From: a virus
Lineage: Duplodnaviria; Caudoviricetes
Reading direction: 5' to 3' (one strand)
Virus record (IMG/VR): IMGVR_UViG_3300049564_000008
Span: 1 to 42,567 of that record
Length of the DNA stretch: 42,567 bases
Shown: positions 25,654 to 33,531 of the stretch, piece after piece
Position numbering within the stretch: position 1 is the stretch's first letter
Layout: every line of letters starts with the position of its first letter
Notes under the pieces: generated by a model
Databases searched by the model: none
Seen by the model: only the letters and a program-made list of their open reading frames with translations
What the model was told of the DNA's origin: nothing
Made by a program: the position numbers and the translations under genes

Positions 25654-25815
25654 ATGAACAAGCTGCTCACCACCTACCGCGCCAATCCGACCCTCAAGAA
25701 CGCACAGAAGATCCGCGCCTACGCTCGCAAGCATCCCTTTGCACCATGCCTTTTGCTGCCGGTCGATGTCGAGACAATGGGCGTCGCGTTCGATCACGCC
25801 ATCAAGGGAGTGTGA
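25654..25815 (+). CDS. First early gene, hypothetical, 53 aa (not in ORF track)
   Basis: AGGGGA RBS; MNKLLTTYRANPTLKNAQKIRAYARKHPFAPCLL... Confidence 0.7.
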   Translation: MNKLLTTYRANPTLKNAQKIRAYARKHPFAPCLLLPVDVETMGVAFDHAIKGV

Positions 25816-25818
25816 GCC

Positions 25819-26046
25819 ATGAATGAAGCCCTCATCTTCTCCACGCCGGAAGATTTCATCACCGCCCTGCTCGGCCCGCGCCAGCACGACGCGCACGTCG
25901 AAACCCGCCGCCGCCACAACTGGCTGACCGACAAAGAAGCGCAGAGCGCGCTGGCCTCTCTCGCTGCCATGCAGTGCGCCGCCGAAATCATCGCCGACAT
26001 CAAGGCGCGGCGCGCGGCGCTCGCGTTCCAGCAAGCTGCGGAATGA
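25819..26046 (+). CDS. Hypothetical protein, 75 aa
   Basis: GGGAG RBS; operon context; ends QAAE. Confidence 0.7.
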   Translation: MNEALIFSTPEDFITALLGPRQHDAHVETRRRHNWLTDKEAQSALASLAAMQCAAEIIADIKARRAALAFQQAAE

Positions 26047-26129
26047 CACCAATGTGGATCGCAATCATCGACATCGCCGCCCTTTCCTTCCTTGTACTGG
26101 CGTGCCTCACGCCACGCGAAATTTGGTGA
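26043..26129 (+). CDS. 28-aa single-TM peptide
   Basis: MTPMWIAIIDIAALSFLVLACLTPREIW; ATGA and GTGA overlaps with its neighbours. Confidence 0.5.
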   Translation: MTPMWIAIIDIAALSFLVLACLTPREIW

Positions 26130-26329
26130 ACGACATGACCCCATGCTGGCTCTCAAACTGCACTTGCCGAATGGAGACGGTCAACAGCGCGTCGATCGAT
26201 CCGCCCGAAATGATCCTTGATCCTTGGTGTCCGGAACACGGCGGCAAAGACCCCGATTGGGAACTGCAAAAGCAAATCGATGATGCACGCGATTTCCCGG
26301 TCGAGTCTTACTCCTCAGAGGATTTCTGA
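26126..26329 (+). CDS. Small Cys/His protein, ~67 aa
   Basis: CTC...DPWCPEHG motif; GTGA overlap. Confidence 0.6.
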   Translation: MNDMTPCWLSNCTCRMETVNSASIDPPEMILDPWCPEHGGKDPDWELQKQIDDARDFPVESYSSEDF

Positions 26330-26330
26330 C

Positions 26331-26558
26331 GTGTACAAGCACAATCCCCACGAATGGCACATCGCAGAACATGACGGCGCTTGGGTCATCGAAGATGAAC
26401 ATGGCGAACCCGTTGACCCGACATTCTCCACGCAAGATTGGGTCACGGCAGCGAACTATCTGCACGAACTGGTCATTGAAGAACTCGCCGCCCAGCAGGA
26501 CAACGGACCCGATTGCGATCCTCCCGGCTTTGAAGCCGGATTTGCGGATAACCACTGA
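26331..26558 (+). CDS. Highly acidic small protein, 75 aa
   Basis: GTG start after AGAGGA; about 17 D/E versus 1 K; ends PPGFEAGFADNH. Confidence 0.6.
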   Translation: MYKHNPHEWHIAEHDGAWVIEDEHGEPVDPTFSTQDWVTAANYLHELVIEELAAQQDNGPDCDPPGFEAGFADNH

Positions 26559-26559
26559 C

Positions 26560-26667
26560 ATGAGACCCGCGGCGGACGCTTTCACGATCGCGCTTGTTGT
26601 TGAGGCAATCGTCGCCATCGGCATCCTCGGCGCCATCATCATCATCCTGACCGGAACATCGTCATGA
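26560..26667 (+). CDS. 35-aa single-TM peptide
   Basis: MRPAADAFTIALVVEAIVAIGILGAIIIILTGTSS; fills the gap with an ATGA overlap downstream. Confidence 0.55.
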   Translation: MRPAADAFTIALVVEAIVAIGILGAIIIILTGTSS

Positions 26668-26867
26668 ACCATCCCGATAACCGCCCATACTATGTCGCCT
26701 GCAATAAACGCTGGTGCTACGTGCGCGGTTTGCCTGCCGCTTATGCCAAACTTGCGGAATATATTGATGGCACCATTGAAGAAGTCCGCATGCGTCGTAA
26801 GCACCACAACTGTCCCGGCATGATCCTGCGCGTGAACAAGCACGAAGCCCGCGCGGCCGGAATTTGA
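26664..26867 (+). CDS. Hypothetical protein, 67 aa
   Basis: Translationally coupled ORF in the early operon. Confidence 0.55.
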   Translation: MNHPDNRPYYVACNKRWCYVRGLPAAYAKLAEYIDGTIEEVRMRRKHHNCPGMILRVNKHEARAAGI

Positions 26868-26871
26868 GGCC

Positions 26872-26970
26872 ATGAAACCGATCCCAGCCAAAGACATCGT
26901 ATGGGGCATCCTAATCCTCGCCTGCGCAATCGGGATTGTCACGGTGTTATGGCTGGTCGTGACTTACTGA
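26872..26970 (+). CDS. 32-aa single-TM peptide
   Basis: MKPIPAKDIVWGILILACAIGIVTVLWLVVTY; GAGG upstream. Confidence 0.5.
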   Translation: MKPIPAKDIVWGILILACAIGIVTVLWLVVTY

Positions 26971-26989
26971 AACTAGAAAGAACATCACC

Positions 26990-27193
26990 ATGAACGAACA
27001 CGAAATCCAGATAAGTCGCGACATTCATGCGCTGATGAATGCAATCGGCGAGCTTACCAAGATCTCGCTCAATCCGGACTGTCTCGTACCGTTAGGCCAA
27101 GAAGTGAACGACATCGAACTCGCCTACTCGCAGCTCGGACGGCTGGTCAATCGGGCAAGAGCAGCGCAGCGCATGCATATGGCGGCGGAATAA
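26990..27193 (+). CDS. Hypothetical protein, 67 aa
   Basis: AGAAAG RBS; ends MAAE. Confidence 0.65.
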   Translation: MNEHEIQISRDIHALMNAIGELTKISLNPDCLVPLGQEVNDIELAYSQLGRLVNRARAAQRMHMAAE

Positions 27194-27196
27194 ATC

Positions 27197-27964
27197 ATGC
27201 AGCTCGCAACCATCGGCCACAACAACCCGCCCGCGCCGACTCCGATCGAGCGCGCACAGGATGCCATCGCCTTGTTGTCGGCATTTCTGGATGCAGCGCC
27301 GGTCATCACGGAAGGCCCGTGTCTGGTCGAGGCAAAGCGGCTGTTCGAGCACGCACGCGGCGCGATGGCTGAGCTTGAAACCGAGCGCGACCGGTTGGTG
27401 CGCCCACTCAACGAGCAGGTCGCCAGCATCAACATCAAATACAAGGCCATTCACAACGCGGACAGCAAGAAGCCCGGCATACTCGACAAGGTCCTGGCGG
27501 AACTTAGGGGCAGGCTGACCGCATTCGCAACCGAAGAAGAGGCCAAGCGAGAACGGGCGGCTGAGATGGCCCGTATTGCTGCCGAGGCTGCCGAGGCTGC
27601 AGCGCGTGAGGCGGAACGGATTGAGCAGGAAGCAAAAGCAAACGCGGCCGTGGGCGAAATCGACACGGGAGTTGTGGATGCAATCGCAACTGCCGATCAG
27701 CGGTTTGCCGAGTTCGAGACAGCCAGCCGGTTTGCCGCGCGCACGGAGCGGGAAACGACATTCCGCATCGGGGATGGCGGCACCAAAGCATTGAGCATGC
27801 GAACCGAGAAAACCCTGGTCCTCGAGAACTACGGCAGGGCAATCAGGGCCATCGGCCCAAATGACAAGATCGAATCTGCAATTCTGTCGGCCGCTCGGGA
27901 TTACAGAAAACTACACGGCAAGCTGCCAGACGGCGTTACCGAGGTGTCGGAGCGCAAATTTTAA
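27197..27964 (+). CDS. Coiled-coil recombination-module protein (Gp157/Gam-like position), 255 aa
   Basis: IGHNNPP start; long heptads; C-terminal KLPDGV; precedes the SSB-like gene. Confidence 0.55.
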   Translation: MQLATIGHNNPPAPTPIERAQDAIALLSAFLDAAPVITEGPCLVEAKRLFEHARGAMAELETERDRLVRPLNEQVASINIKYKAIHNADSKKPGILDKVLAELRGRLTAFATEEEAKRERAAEMARIAAEAAEAAAREAERIEQEAKANAAVGEIDTGVVDAIATADQRFAEFETASRFAARTERETTFRIGDGGTKALSMRTEKTLVLENYGRAIRAIGPNDKIESAILSAARDYRKLHGKLPDGVTEVSERKF

Positions 27965-27987
27965 CCCCAACATGAACAGGTCATGAC

Positions 27988-28428
27988 ATGTCAAATATCA
28001 ACATCAACGATGCGTTTCCGAGCAACTACATCAAGGCTTCCGATCTCAAGAATCGCCAAGTCTCCGTGAAGATGGACCGCGCCGAATACGAAATGATCGG
28101 AAATGACAAAAAGCTGATCCTGTATTTCATTGGCAAGGATCGCGGAATGGTGCTCAACAAGACTAACGCTAACAACATTGCCGCGATCTACGGCAACGAC
28201 ACGGAAGCTTGGCACGGCCAGGAAATCACTCTGTTTGAAGCCATGGTCGACTTCCAGGGCAAGACCGTTCCGGCAATTCGCGTGCGGGCTCCAAAGCCGG
28301 CCCCTCGCGTTACTGCAGTCGATCACGAGCGAGCCCCGCAGCGGCCCGTTAGCCGCATGCCTGACGCAAACGGTGGTCCGCAGCGTCAGGCGCTGGCCGA
28401 CGATCTAGATGACACGATTCCTTTTTGA
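27988..28428 (+). CDS. Putative single-stranded DNA-binding protein, 146 aa
   Basis: FPSNYIKASDL...LNKTNA..IA..YG.DT..W.G core; acidic DDLDDTIPF tail typical of SSBs. Confidence 0.65.
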   Translation: MSNININDAFPSNYIKASDLKNRQVSVKMDRAEYEMIGNDKKLILYFIGKDRGMVLNKTNANNIAAIYGNDTEAWHGQEITLFEAMVDFQGKTVPAIRVRAPKPAPRVTAVDHERAPQRPVSRMPDANGGPQRQALADDLDDTIPF

Positions 28429-28436
28429 GGGAAGCC

Positions 28437-28922
28437 ATGACCGCCGCAGCATTCAAGGCGAGCTACAGCGATTGGCGCGTCATCAAAGGCCGCAAGGTTG
28501 TTCAGATCGTTTTTGAGCTTCCCTTGGAAAGCTCTGACGAGGCCTATCAGGTGCTCGGCGGCATGCCGATCGCGGCGAGCGAAAAGTGGTTCGGTATCGC
28601 TCGCCTCGATCTCACCAAAGCTGCGGCAGAAAAGACCAAGCGATCATTTGATGACCTGCCTGAGCCGCAACAGGCAGGCATTCTTTGCAATGAGCCTGGA
28701 TTCTGGAAATTCCTGCGCGATCACTATCCCAAACTCTGGTTTCGCTATCACCACTATCCAGGTCGCCAGCGGGTTGAACTTTCCGAGACTGCCGCAGCGG
28801 TGGTGCGTGAGTTGTGCAAGGTCAATTCCCGTGCGGAGATCACTTCAAAGAATGTCGAGTGGTCGACGTTACTCCTGTCCTATCGCGTTTGGCAGAAGGC
28901 TGCGGAAGTAGTGCCGGCATGA
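28437..28922 (+). CDS. Conserved phage hypothetical protein, 161 aa
   Basis: GAGG RBS; AGILCNEPGFWKFL...VRELCKVNSRAEI motif. Confidence 0.7.
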   Translation: MTAAAFKASYSDWRVIKGRKVVQIVFELPLESSDEAYQVLGGMPIAASEKWFGIARLDLTKAAAEKTKRSFDDLPEPQQAGILCNEPGFWKFLRDHYPKLWFRYHHYPGRQRVELSETAAAVVRELCKVNSRAEITSKNVEWSTLLLSYRVWQKAAEVVPA

Positions 28923-29278
28923 AGACTTACGTTGTAACATTGGCTGCGATCCCGGCTGTCGTATGGGCGGCTTGGCCCACCAAGCCGAAGCCGGCCGATG
29001 TTCCGCCGCCCGCGATCGAAGGCATTCGCGTCATCCGCATGGATGCGTCCACATTCCGTGCCCGCTGGTTGCCAATTGGTGATCTGCCGCCCGCAATCGA
29101 GGTTCGCTACATCGCCCCATCCGATGTAGCGAGCACTGTCCCCGCGGTGCCTGTCAGCGCTGCCCAGCCCGCAGCACCGCGGGGCAGGCTGCAATCAACA
29201 CAAGCGCGGCTCGACATTTGTGCACGGCACGGAATGCGTCGTGTCGACTATGGCAAGCGCTGGAGATGTAGACGATAA
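28919..29278 (+). CDS. Membrane-anchored Pro-rich protein, 119 aa
   Basis: Hydrophobic N-terminus; C-terminal DICARHGMRRV...WRC; ATGA overlap. Confidence 0.6.
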   Translation: MKTYVVTLAAIPAVVWAAWPTKPKPADVPPPAIEGIRVIRMDASTFRARWLPIGDLPPAIEVRYIAPSDVASTVPAVPVSAAQPAAPRGRLQSTQARLDICARHGMRRVDYGKRWRCRR

Positions 29279-29304
29279 TGAAAAATTAACCTTGGGAGAA
29301 CGAA

Positions 29305-29940
29305 ATGAGATTTCTTGCAGTAGCTCTGCTTACTACTATTGGATTTACGCCAGTTAAGGCCGACACCTTCATCGTGTCGGGCATATTTGCTGCCGAAGCG
29401 GGGCTTCCCTCCAACACCCTGTCGGGCACCATAGACATCAACGGCGGCGTCATTGCCGGTGTCAGCCTTTCGGTCCCGGGCATGTCCTCAGCCGTAACGG
29501 TTCTTGCGCAAAGTAGGGTGGACAGCACTATTTGCCTTGCGGTTAGTACCGTAAATGGCACCTGCTTACAGGTGACGGATGTATGGGAAATCCGAGTGTC
29601 CAATGGCAACTTCGTCAACAACCCAGCCGGCGAGAATCTGATTGATCTTACCTTCACGGCCTTCCCCGGCCGCTCTCTCATCGGATTTCAACAGGGGTTC
29701 ATCAGTAACGGATTTGCGGCCAATACTCGCTACGATCCGATCACAACGGACAGCACCGTCACCTACTTCGGCCTCGCTTTGGGCGGCACAATATGCCCGC
29801 TCGATGGCTGCGCACCGTTCCCCACGCAGGTTATCTTGGTAGGCCCCGTCACCGCCCCCTCCCCTGTCATTGGTGCGGGCTTGCCGGGGCTGCTGCTGGC
29901 TGGCGGACTGCTCGGCTGGCGGCGGAGATGCCGACGATGA
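29305..29940 (+). CDS. Secreted protein with PEP-CTERM-like sorting signal, 211 aa
   Basis: Signal peptide MRFLAVALLTTIGFTPVKA; C-terminal APSPVIGAGLPGLLLAGGLLGW-RRRCRR. Confidence 0.75.
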   Translation: MRFLAVALLTTIGFTPVKADTFIVSGIFAAEAGLPSNTLSGTIDINGGVIAGVSLSVPGMSSAVTVLAQSRVDSTICLAVSTVNGTCLQVTDVWEIRVSNGNFVNNPAGENLIDLTFTAFPGRSLIGFQQGFISNGFAANTRYDPITTDSTVTYFGLALGGTICPLDGCAPFPTQVILVGPVTAPSPVIGAGLPGLLLAGGLLGWRRRCRR

Positions 29941-30131
29941 CTGACATCGTGGAACGGCTGCGCGGCTACAAGGAACAACATCCGATCGCCGACGATCTGC
30001 GCGAGGCCGCCGACGAAATCGAGCGGCTGCGCGAGGCGTTGGCGACATGCCGTGAACTTCGCGAGATCGACAAGGCTCTGATAGCAAAACTGCGTGCGCC
30101 GCTGACCGTTCAGGGAGGTAGCGAAACGTGA
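29937..30131 (+). CDS. Hypothetical protein (MTDIVERLR...EAADEIERLR type), 64 aa
   Basis: Recurrent phage motif; overlaps neighbours at both ends. Confidence 0.7.
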   Translation: MTDIVERLRGYKEQHPIADDLREAADEIERLREALATCRELREIDKALIAKLRAPLTVQGGSET

Positions 30132-30487
30132 CCGCGCTCCTGACCATGGACGAGGCGGCAACAAAACTGCGGATAAGCCGCCGTTGGCTGCAGGACTTCA
30201 TCCGTGAGCATCCCTACTATCGGACAGCCGGCCGCAAGAAACTGTTCGCCGACGAAGACATCGCCCGCCTGATCGAGGCCATGCCATGCCCTGGAAACTC
30301 GTTGAGCCACGCAAGGACAAAACGCCATACTGGTACATCCGGGGGACGTACCTCGGCATTGCTCTGGACAAAAGCACAGGAACTGCTGACCGCGCCGCGG
30401 CCAAGCGCATCCTCAAGACGTGGCGAGAGAAAGCCGAACGTGGTGAGTTTGGACGAGGGCAGGAAGCGCCGGCTGCAACATTCCTAG
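30128..30487 (+). CDS. xis: Excisionase (HTH_17/MerR-like)
   Basis: LLTMDEAATKLRISRRWL...GRKKLFADEDI; GGGAGG RBS; precedes and overlaps int. Confidence 0.75.
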   Translation: MTALLTMDEAATKLRISRRWLQDFIREHPYYRTAGRKKLFADEDIARLIEAMPCPGNSLSHARTKRHTGTSGGRTSALLWTKAQELLTAPRPSASSRRGERKPNVVSLDEGRKRRLQHS

Positions 30488-31311
30488 GTGCGGCCGTTGC
30501 CTACATGAGTTCGGGCGGCTCGCCGCGGTTCGTTGGCGCGATCCTGAAGAAGTGGAGAGAGCGTTCCTTGGACAGCATCGACCAGATCGCAATCGACACG
30601 CTGGCGGCCGAACTTTACCCGGCCGGCACGGCATCGACCCGTAACCGACAGGTCTATACGCCCGTGCTGGCGATCCTCGAACGGGCCGGAATCCAGGCGA
30701 AGATCAAACGGCCGAAGGGCTGGACCGGAACCAGACGCACATTCTGGCTGCGTCCGGAACCGACGTTCGCGCTACTCGACGCTGCAGCCACACAGGATGC
30801 CGAGTTCGGGATTTTCTGTACCCTACTCAACTACTGCGGCCTTCGCCTGGGCGAAGCCTTCGCGCTCGATTGCGACGAGATCGACCTGAGCCGCGAATTT
30901 GCCTACCTGCCGACGACCAAGACGGACGAGCCGCGGGCGGTATACCTGCCGCCGCACGTCGTGGCCGAGCTGGCGAGCCACCCAGGCGGCCTGGATCGAA
31001 AGGGGCGGCTATTCTCCTTCAGAAGCTACCGGACGCTCTACCGGCTTCTGGACGCGGCCTGCAAGGCAAGCGGCATCGAACTTCCCCGACGCGTCGGCTT
31101 TCACGTCTTCCGCCACAACTACGGCACATGGATGCGGATTTACGCCGGGCTGGACAGCCTCGGGCTGACCCGGCTGGGCGTCTGGGAAGATATGGATTCG
31201 GTTGAACGCTATTCGCATAGCGAACCAACCGCGGAGGCTCGGCAGGCCGCGAAATTGCCCACGCCGAAACGTGGACAGGTCGTGGAAATCAAGAAGGTCT
31301 CGGGCGAATGA
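30286..31311 (+). CDS. int: Tyrosine integrase, 341 aa
   Basis: Catalytic R (GLRLGEA), K (TTKT), HxxR (FHVFRH), W (LGVW) and Y (VERYSH). Confidence 0.92.
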   Translation: MPWKLVEPRKDKTPYWYIRGTYLGIALDKSTGTADRAAAKRILKTWREKAERGEFGRGQEAPAATFLGAAVAYMSSGGSPRFVGAILKKWRERSLDSIDQIAIDTLAAELYPAGTASTRNRQVYTPVLAILERAGIQAKIKRPKGWTGTRRTFWLRPEPTFALLDAAATQDAEFGIFCTLLNYCGLRLGEAFALDCDEIDLSREFAYLPTTKTDEPRAVYLPPHVVAELASHPGGLDRKGRLFSFRSYRTLYRLLDAACKASGIELPRRVGFHVFRHNYGTWMRIYAGLDSLGLTRLGVWEDMDSVERYSHSEPTAEARQAAKLPTPKRGQVVEIKKVSGE

Positions 31312-31482
31312 TAGCAGGAACAATAGGTTACGGGAGCCTGCATTTCCCCTATGTGGGGATTCACGCGTGGCAGATTGTCTATATCTCGCAATGTTTCTCA
31401 AGGGGTTACGCGGCAGCGCTCGGAACAGAGCGGCACCGAACGGCACAGATCGGCAAGTCGACTCGTGGACCAGACGTGGAAA
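31270..31482. other. Predicted attP (arm sites, core dyad, Xis-like repeats)
   Basis: CGTGGAC-N4-CGTGGAAA at 31270-88 and 31464-82; dyad TCCCC-TATGT-GGGGA at 31345-59; five CGG(C/A)A repeats at 10-bp period from 31411. Confidence 0.65.
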
Positions 31483-31587
31483 GGGTTCCGCGTCTGTTCG
31501 CAGGTAACGCGGCATCGCGATGACAGTTACCTGTCGATCTGGTCCGCGACAGGTAATGCACCATTCGGACCCCAGAGGATTGAACCC

Positions 31588-32301
31588 ATGAGAAAACTAC
31601 TGATGGCAGCAGCCACGCTGAGCGTGCTCGCCTGCCCCGCCTATGCCGACGTGCTGCTGCAATTCAACACACTGGCCAACCCAGTGCCGCAGAGCGCAAG
31701 TGACCCATGCATCATCTGCGCCACACAGCAGGCGCACAACCCGATCGACTTCGGGTTCAATAACTTCGTCAACACGGGCCAGACCGCCGGCGGGACGTTC
31801 TTCTCAACCGCCTTGGTCGGCGGCTCGCTTGCCAGCGGAGACGAAGCAGATGCCGTGCCCTATACGGCCGGGCAAATCATCACGGCACTCGCGAACCGCG
31901 TCACCTTCGGCGTGGCCATCGACGTGAACTCCGCGGAGGGTGCCCCCGCAATGACCCTCGACTCGTTCCGGCTGTTCCGGGTCGACGCCCTCAACAACAA
32001 CGTCGAAATTCTCGCCCATATCGACGGGCCGATCTCCATGCCTGACATCCGCCCTGGCAACGGGATGGGTGACTACATCCTCAGCGGATTCGACCTGTCC
32101 AGCCTTCAGGCGGGCGATCGGTTGATCTTCAGCGCCCGGTTTGAGGGCGGGACCGACGGCGGCGAGAGCTTCTACCTCGTGCCACAGCAGGTTCCGGCAC
32201 CAATCGTGGGCGCAGGCCTTCCGGGTCTGTTGGCTGGCCTGTTCGGGCTGTTCGGGCTGCACCGGTTGCGCCGCCGTCGCGCCGAGGCAGCGTCAGCATG
32301 A
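31588..32301 (+). CDS. Secreted protein with PEP-CTERM-like sorting signal, 237 aa
   Basis: AGAGGA RBS; signal peptide MRKLLMAAATLSVLACPAYA; C-terminal VPAPIVGAGLPGLLAGLFGLFGLH-RLRRRR. Confidence 0.85.
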   Translation: MRKLLMAAATLSVLACPAYADVLLQFNTLANPVPQSASDPCIICATQQAHNPIDFGFNNFVNTGQTAGGTFFSTALVGGSLASGDEADAVPYTAGQIITALANRVTFGVAIDVNSAEGAPAMTLDSFRLFRVDALNNNVEILAHIDGPISMPDIRPGNGMGDYILSGFDLSSLQAGDRLIFSARFEGGTDGGESFYLVPQQVPAPIVGAGLPGLLAGLFGLFGLHRLRRRRAEAASA

Positions 32302-32302
32302 C

Positions 32303-32335
32303 AAAAAAAGCCCCCGGCGATGAACCGGGGGCTTT
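32303..32335. terminator. Bidirectional intrinsic terminator at the convergence of the two arms
   Basis: AAAAAAAGCCCCCGG-CGATGAA-CCGGGGGCTTT. Confidence 0.85.
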
Positions 32336-32431
32336 CAGTTGGTAGGGTCGTGGGGAGAGGATCAGCAACCGACGCAGATCGACGGCGGCGCGGACGGATA
32401 TGGCGGCAGAGGATCGACCTGACTTTCCCGG

Positions 32432-32656
32432 TTATCGAAAGGGCTGCGGCACATGTACGCCCGCACTTCCCAACAGCACCAGGATCACCCACAGCACGAC
32501 AAATACAACGATAATGGTCATCAGAATGCGGATGATCGTCTTGAACGGCTCGCCCAGCGGAATCAGCGGCAGAAGTTGCTGGATGGCCCACCAGATAACT
32601 CCCAAAATGATCAAGACGACGATGATGCCGATCAGCGTGCCTATCATTCCGCTCAT
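32432..32656 (-). CDS. Two-TM membrane protein (Thivi_2564-like; holin candidate), 74 aa
   Basis: Two hydrophobic helices joined by LIPLGEPFKTIIRI; GGAGG RBS; last gene of the late operon. Confidence 0.7.
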   Translation of the reverse strand: MSGMIGTLIGIIVVLIILGVIWWAIQQLLPLIPLGEPFKTIIRILMTIIVVFVVLWVILVLLGSAGVHVPQPFR

Positions 32657-32666
32657 GGTCGCCTCC

Positions 32667-32756
32667 TCAATGGATCAAAAAAGCGAGAATCGCGCAGATT
32701 AGCGCCAGGGTCATCAGCGCGAGAACAGCCTGACGCGTTGTCATCAATCTGAACAT
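32667..32756 (-). CDS. 29-aa single-TM peptide (not in ORF track)
   Basis: MFRLMTTRQAVLALMTLALICAILAFLIH; fills the gap between two membrane genes. Confidence 0.5.
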   Translation of the reverse strand: MFRLMTTRQAVLALMTLALICAILAFLIH

Positions 32757-32759
32757 CGG

Positions 32760-33044
32760 TCATTTCTTCTCCGGAGACTTGCCCAGCTCGCGGGTCATTA
32801 TTTCCGTGACTCGGTCGAGCGTTGCCCTGTTACTATTCGTCAACCCTTCCAATGCCGTGAGCCTGCCATCGATTCGCTCGAGGTGTGGGCTACCGCGCAC
32901 CTCGAGCGTTGTGACGCGCGTCTCGAGGCGCACCGAGTAGGCAATGATACTGATTATGACCGCACCCAGCGCTATGGCCTGCCCGATGAGAAACATCACC
33001 AGGGCATGGTTTTGCGACACCCATGAGCGCACCTGCACCATCAT
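32760..33044 (-). CDS. Single-TM plus coiled-coil protein at the lysis-module position, 94 aa
   Basis: ALVMFLIGQAIALGAVIISIIAY followed by heptads. Confidence 0.65.
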   Translation of the reverse strand: MMVQVRSWVSQNHALVMFLIGQAIALGAVIISIIAYSVRLETRVTTLEVRGSPHLERIDGRLTALEGLTNSNRATLDRVTEIMTRELGKSPEKK

Positions 33045-33045
33045 C

Positions 33046-33531
33046 TCATGGCTTCTTCCGTTTGCGCTTCAGTTTGATCCGGCGCGAACAGCTATCCTTG
33101 TGTAACTCGCCGGCCTTACTGCCGCATTCGGGGCATGAGCGTTCCATGCCGCGCAGACCGCGTAGCTTGCCGGCAGCTTCACGCACCTTCTTGCCTTTAC
33201 TCATGGGTTTCTCCGTTCGGGCACCATGATGTTCGGCAGCCACGACGCTCTTGCCATCGTCCGGATTTGCTTTGGCGAAGAAGTCCTCGGACGAGAGCGG
33301 TGGCTGGCCCTCTAGCGCACGCAACCGGTTCTCATGGTCATAGAGAATATCTGAGCCAGGAGGCTGCTCTGATGGCACCGGTACCGGAGGGACATATGGA
33401 TCTGGTACTCCGCCATCGGCAAGCCATGCCTCGTATTCGACTCGGTCGGGGTTGACCGGATCAGCCGGAATCCAGGCACCATCAACGGTGCGGATAACGC
33501 TCTCGGTCGCGGTGAGTTGATATTCTGCCAT
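33046..33531 (-). CDS. Tail-fibre assembly/chaperone-like protein with basic Zn-ribbon C-terminal extension, 161 aa
   Basis: VIRTVDGAWIPADPVNPD..EYEAWLADGG.P is typical of genes following tail fibres; C-terminal CPEC...H..SC. Confidence 0.65.
   Translation of the reverse strand: MAEYQLTATESVIRTVDGAWIPADPVNPDRVEYEAWLADGGVPDPYVPPVPVPSEQPPGSDILYDHENRLRALEGQPPLSSEDFFAKANPDDGKSVVAAEHHGARTEKPMSKGKKVREAAGKLRGLRGMERSCPECGSKAGELHKDSCSRRIKLKRKRKKP

Noticed and set aside
25061-29300. Full CtrA boxes (TTAA-N7-TTAA) in promoters
   Set aside because: Only isolated TTAAC half-sites were seen (e.g. ~27961, ~29286); the manual scan was not exhaustive.
31411-31460. CRISPR-like or tRNA feature near the integrase
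   Set aside because: Repeats are 5-6 bp at 10-bp period without spacers, and no cloverleaf was seen; this fits recombination-protein sites.
31351-31587. 79-aa N-terminal extension of the 316-aa ORF
   Set aside because: It runs across attP; the RBS and signal peptide indicate a start at 31588.
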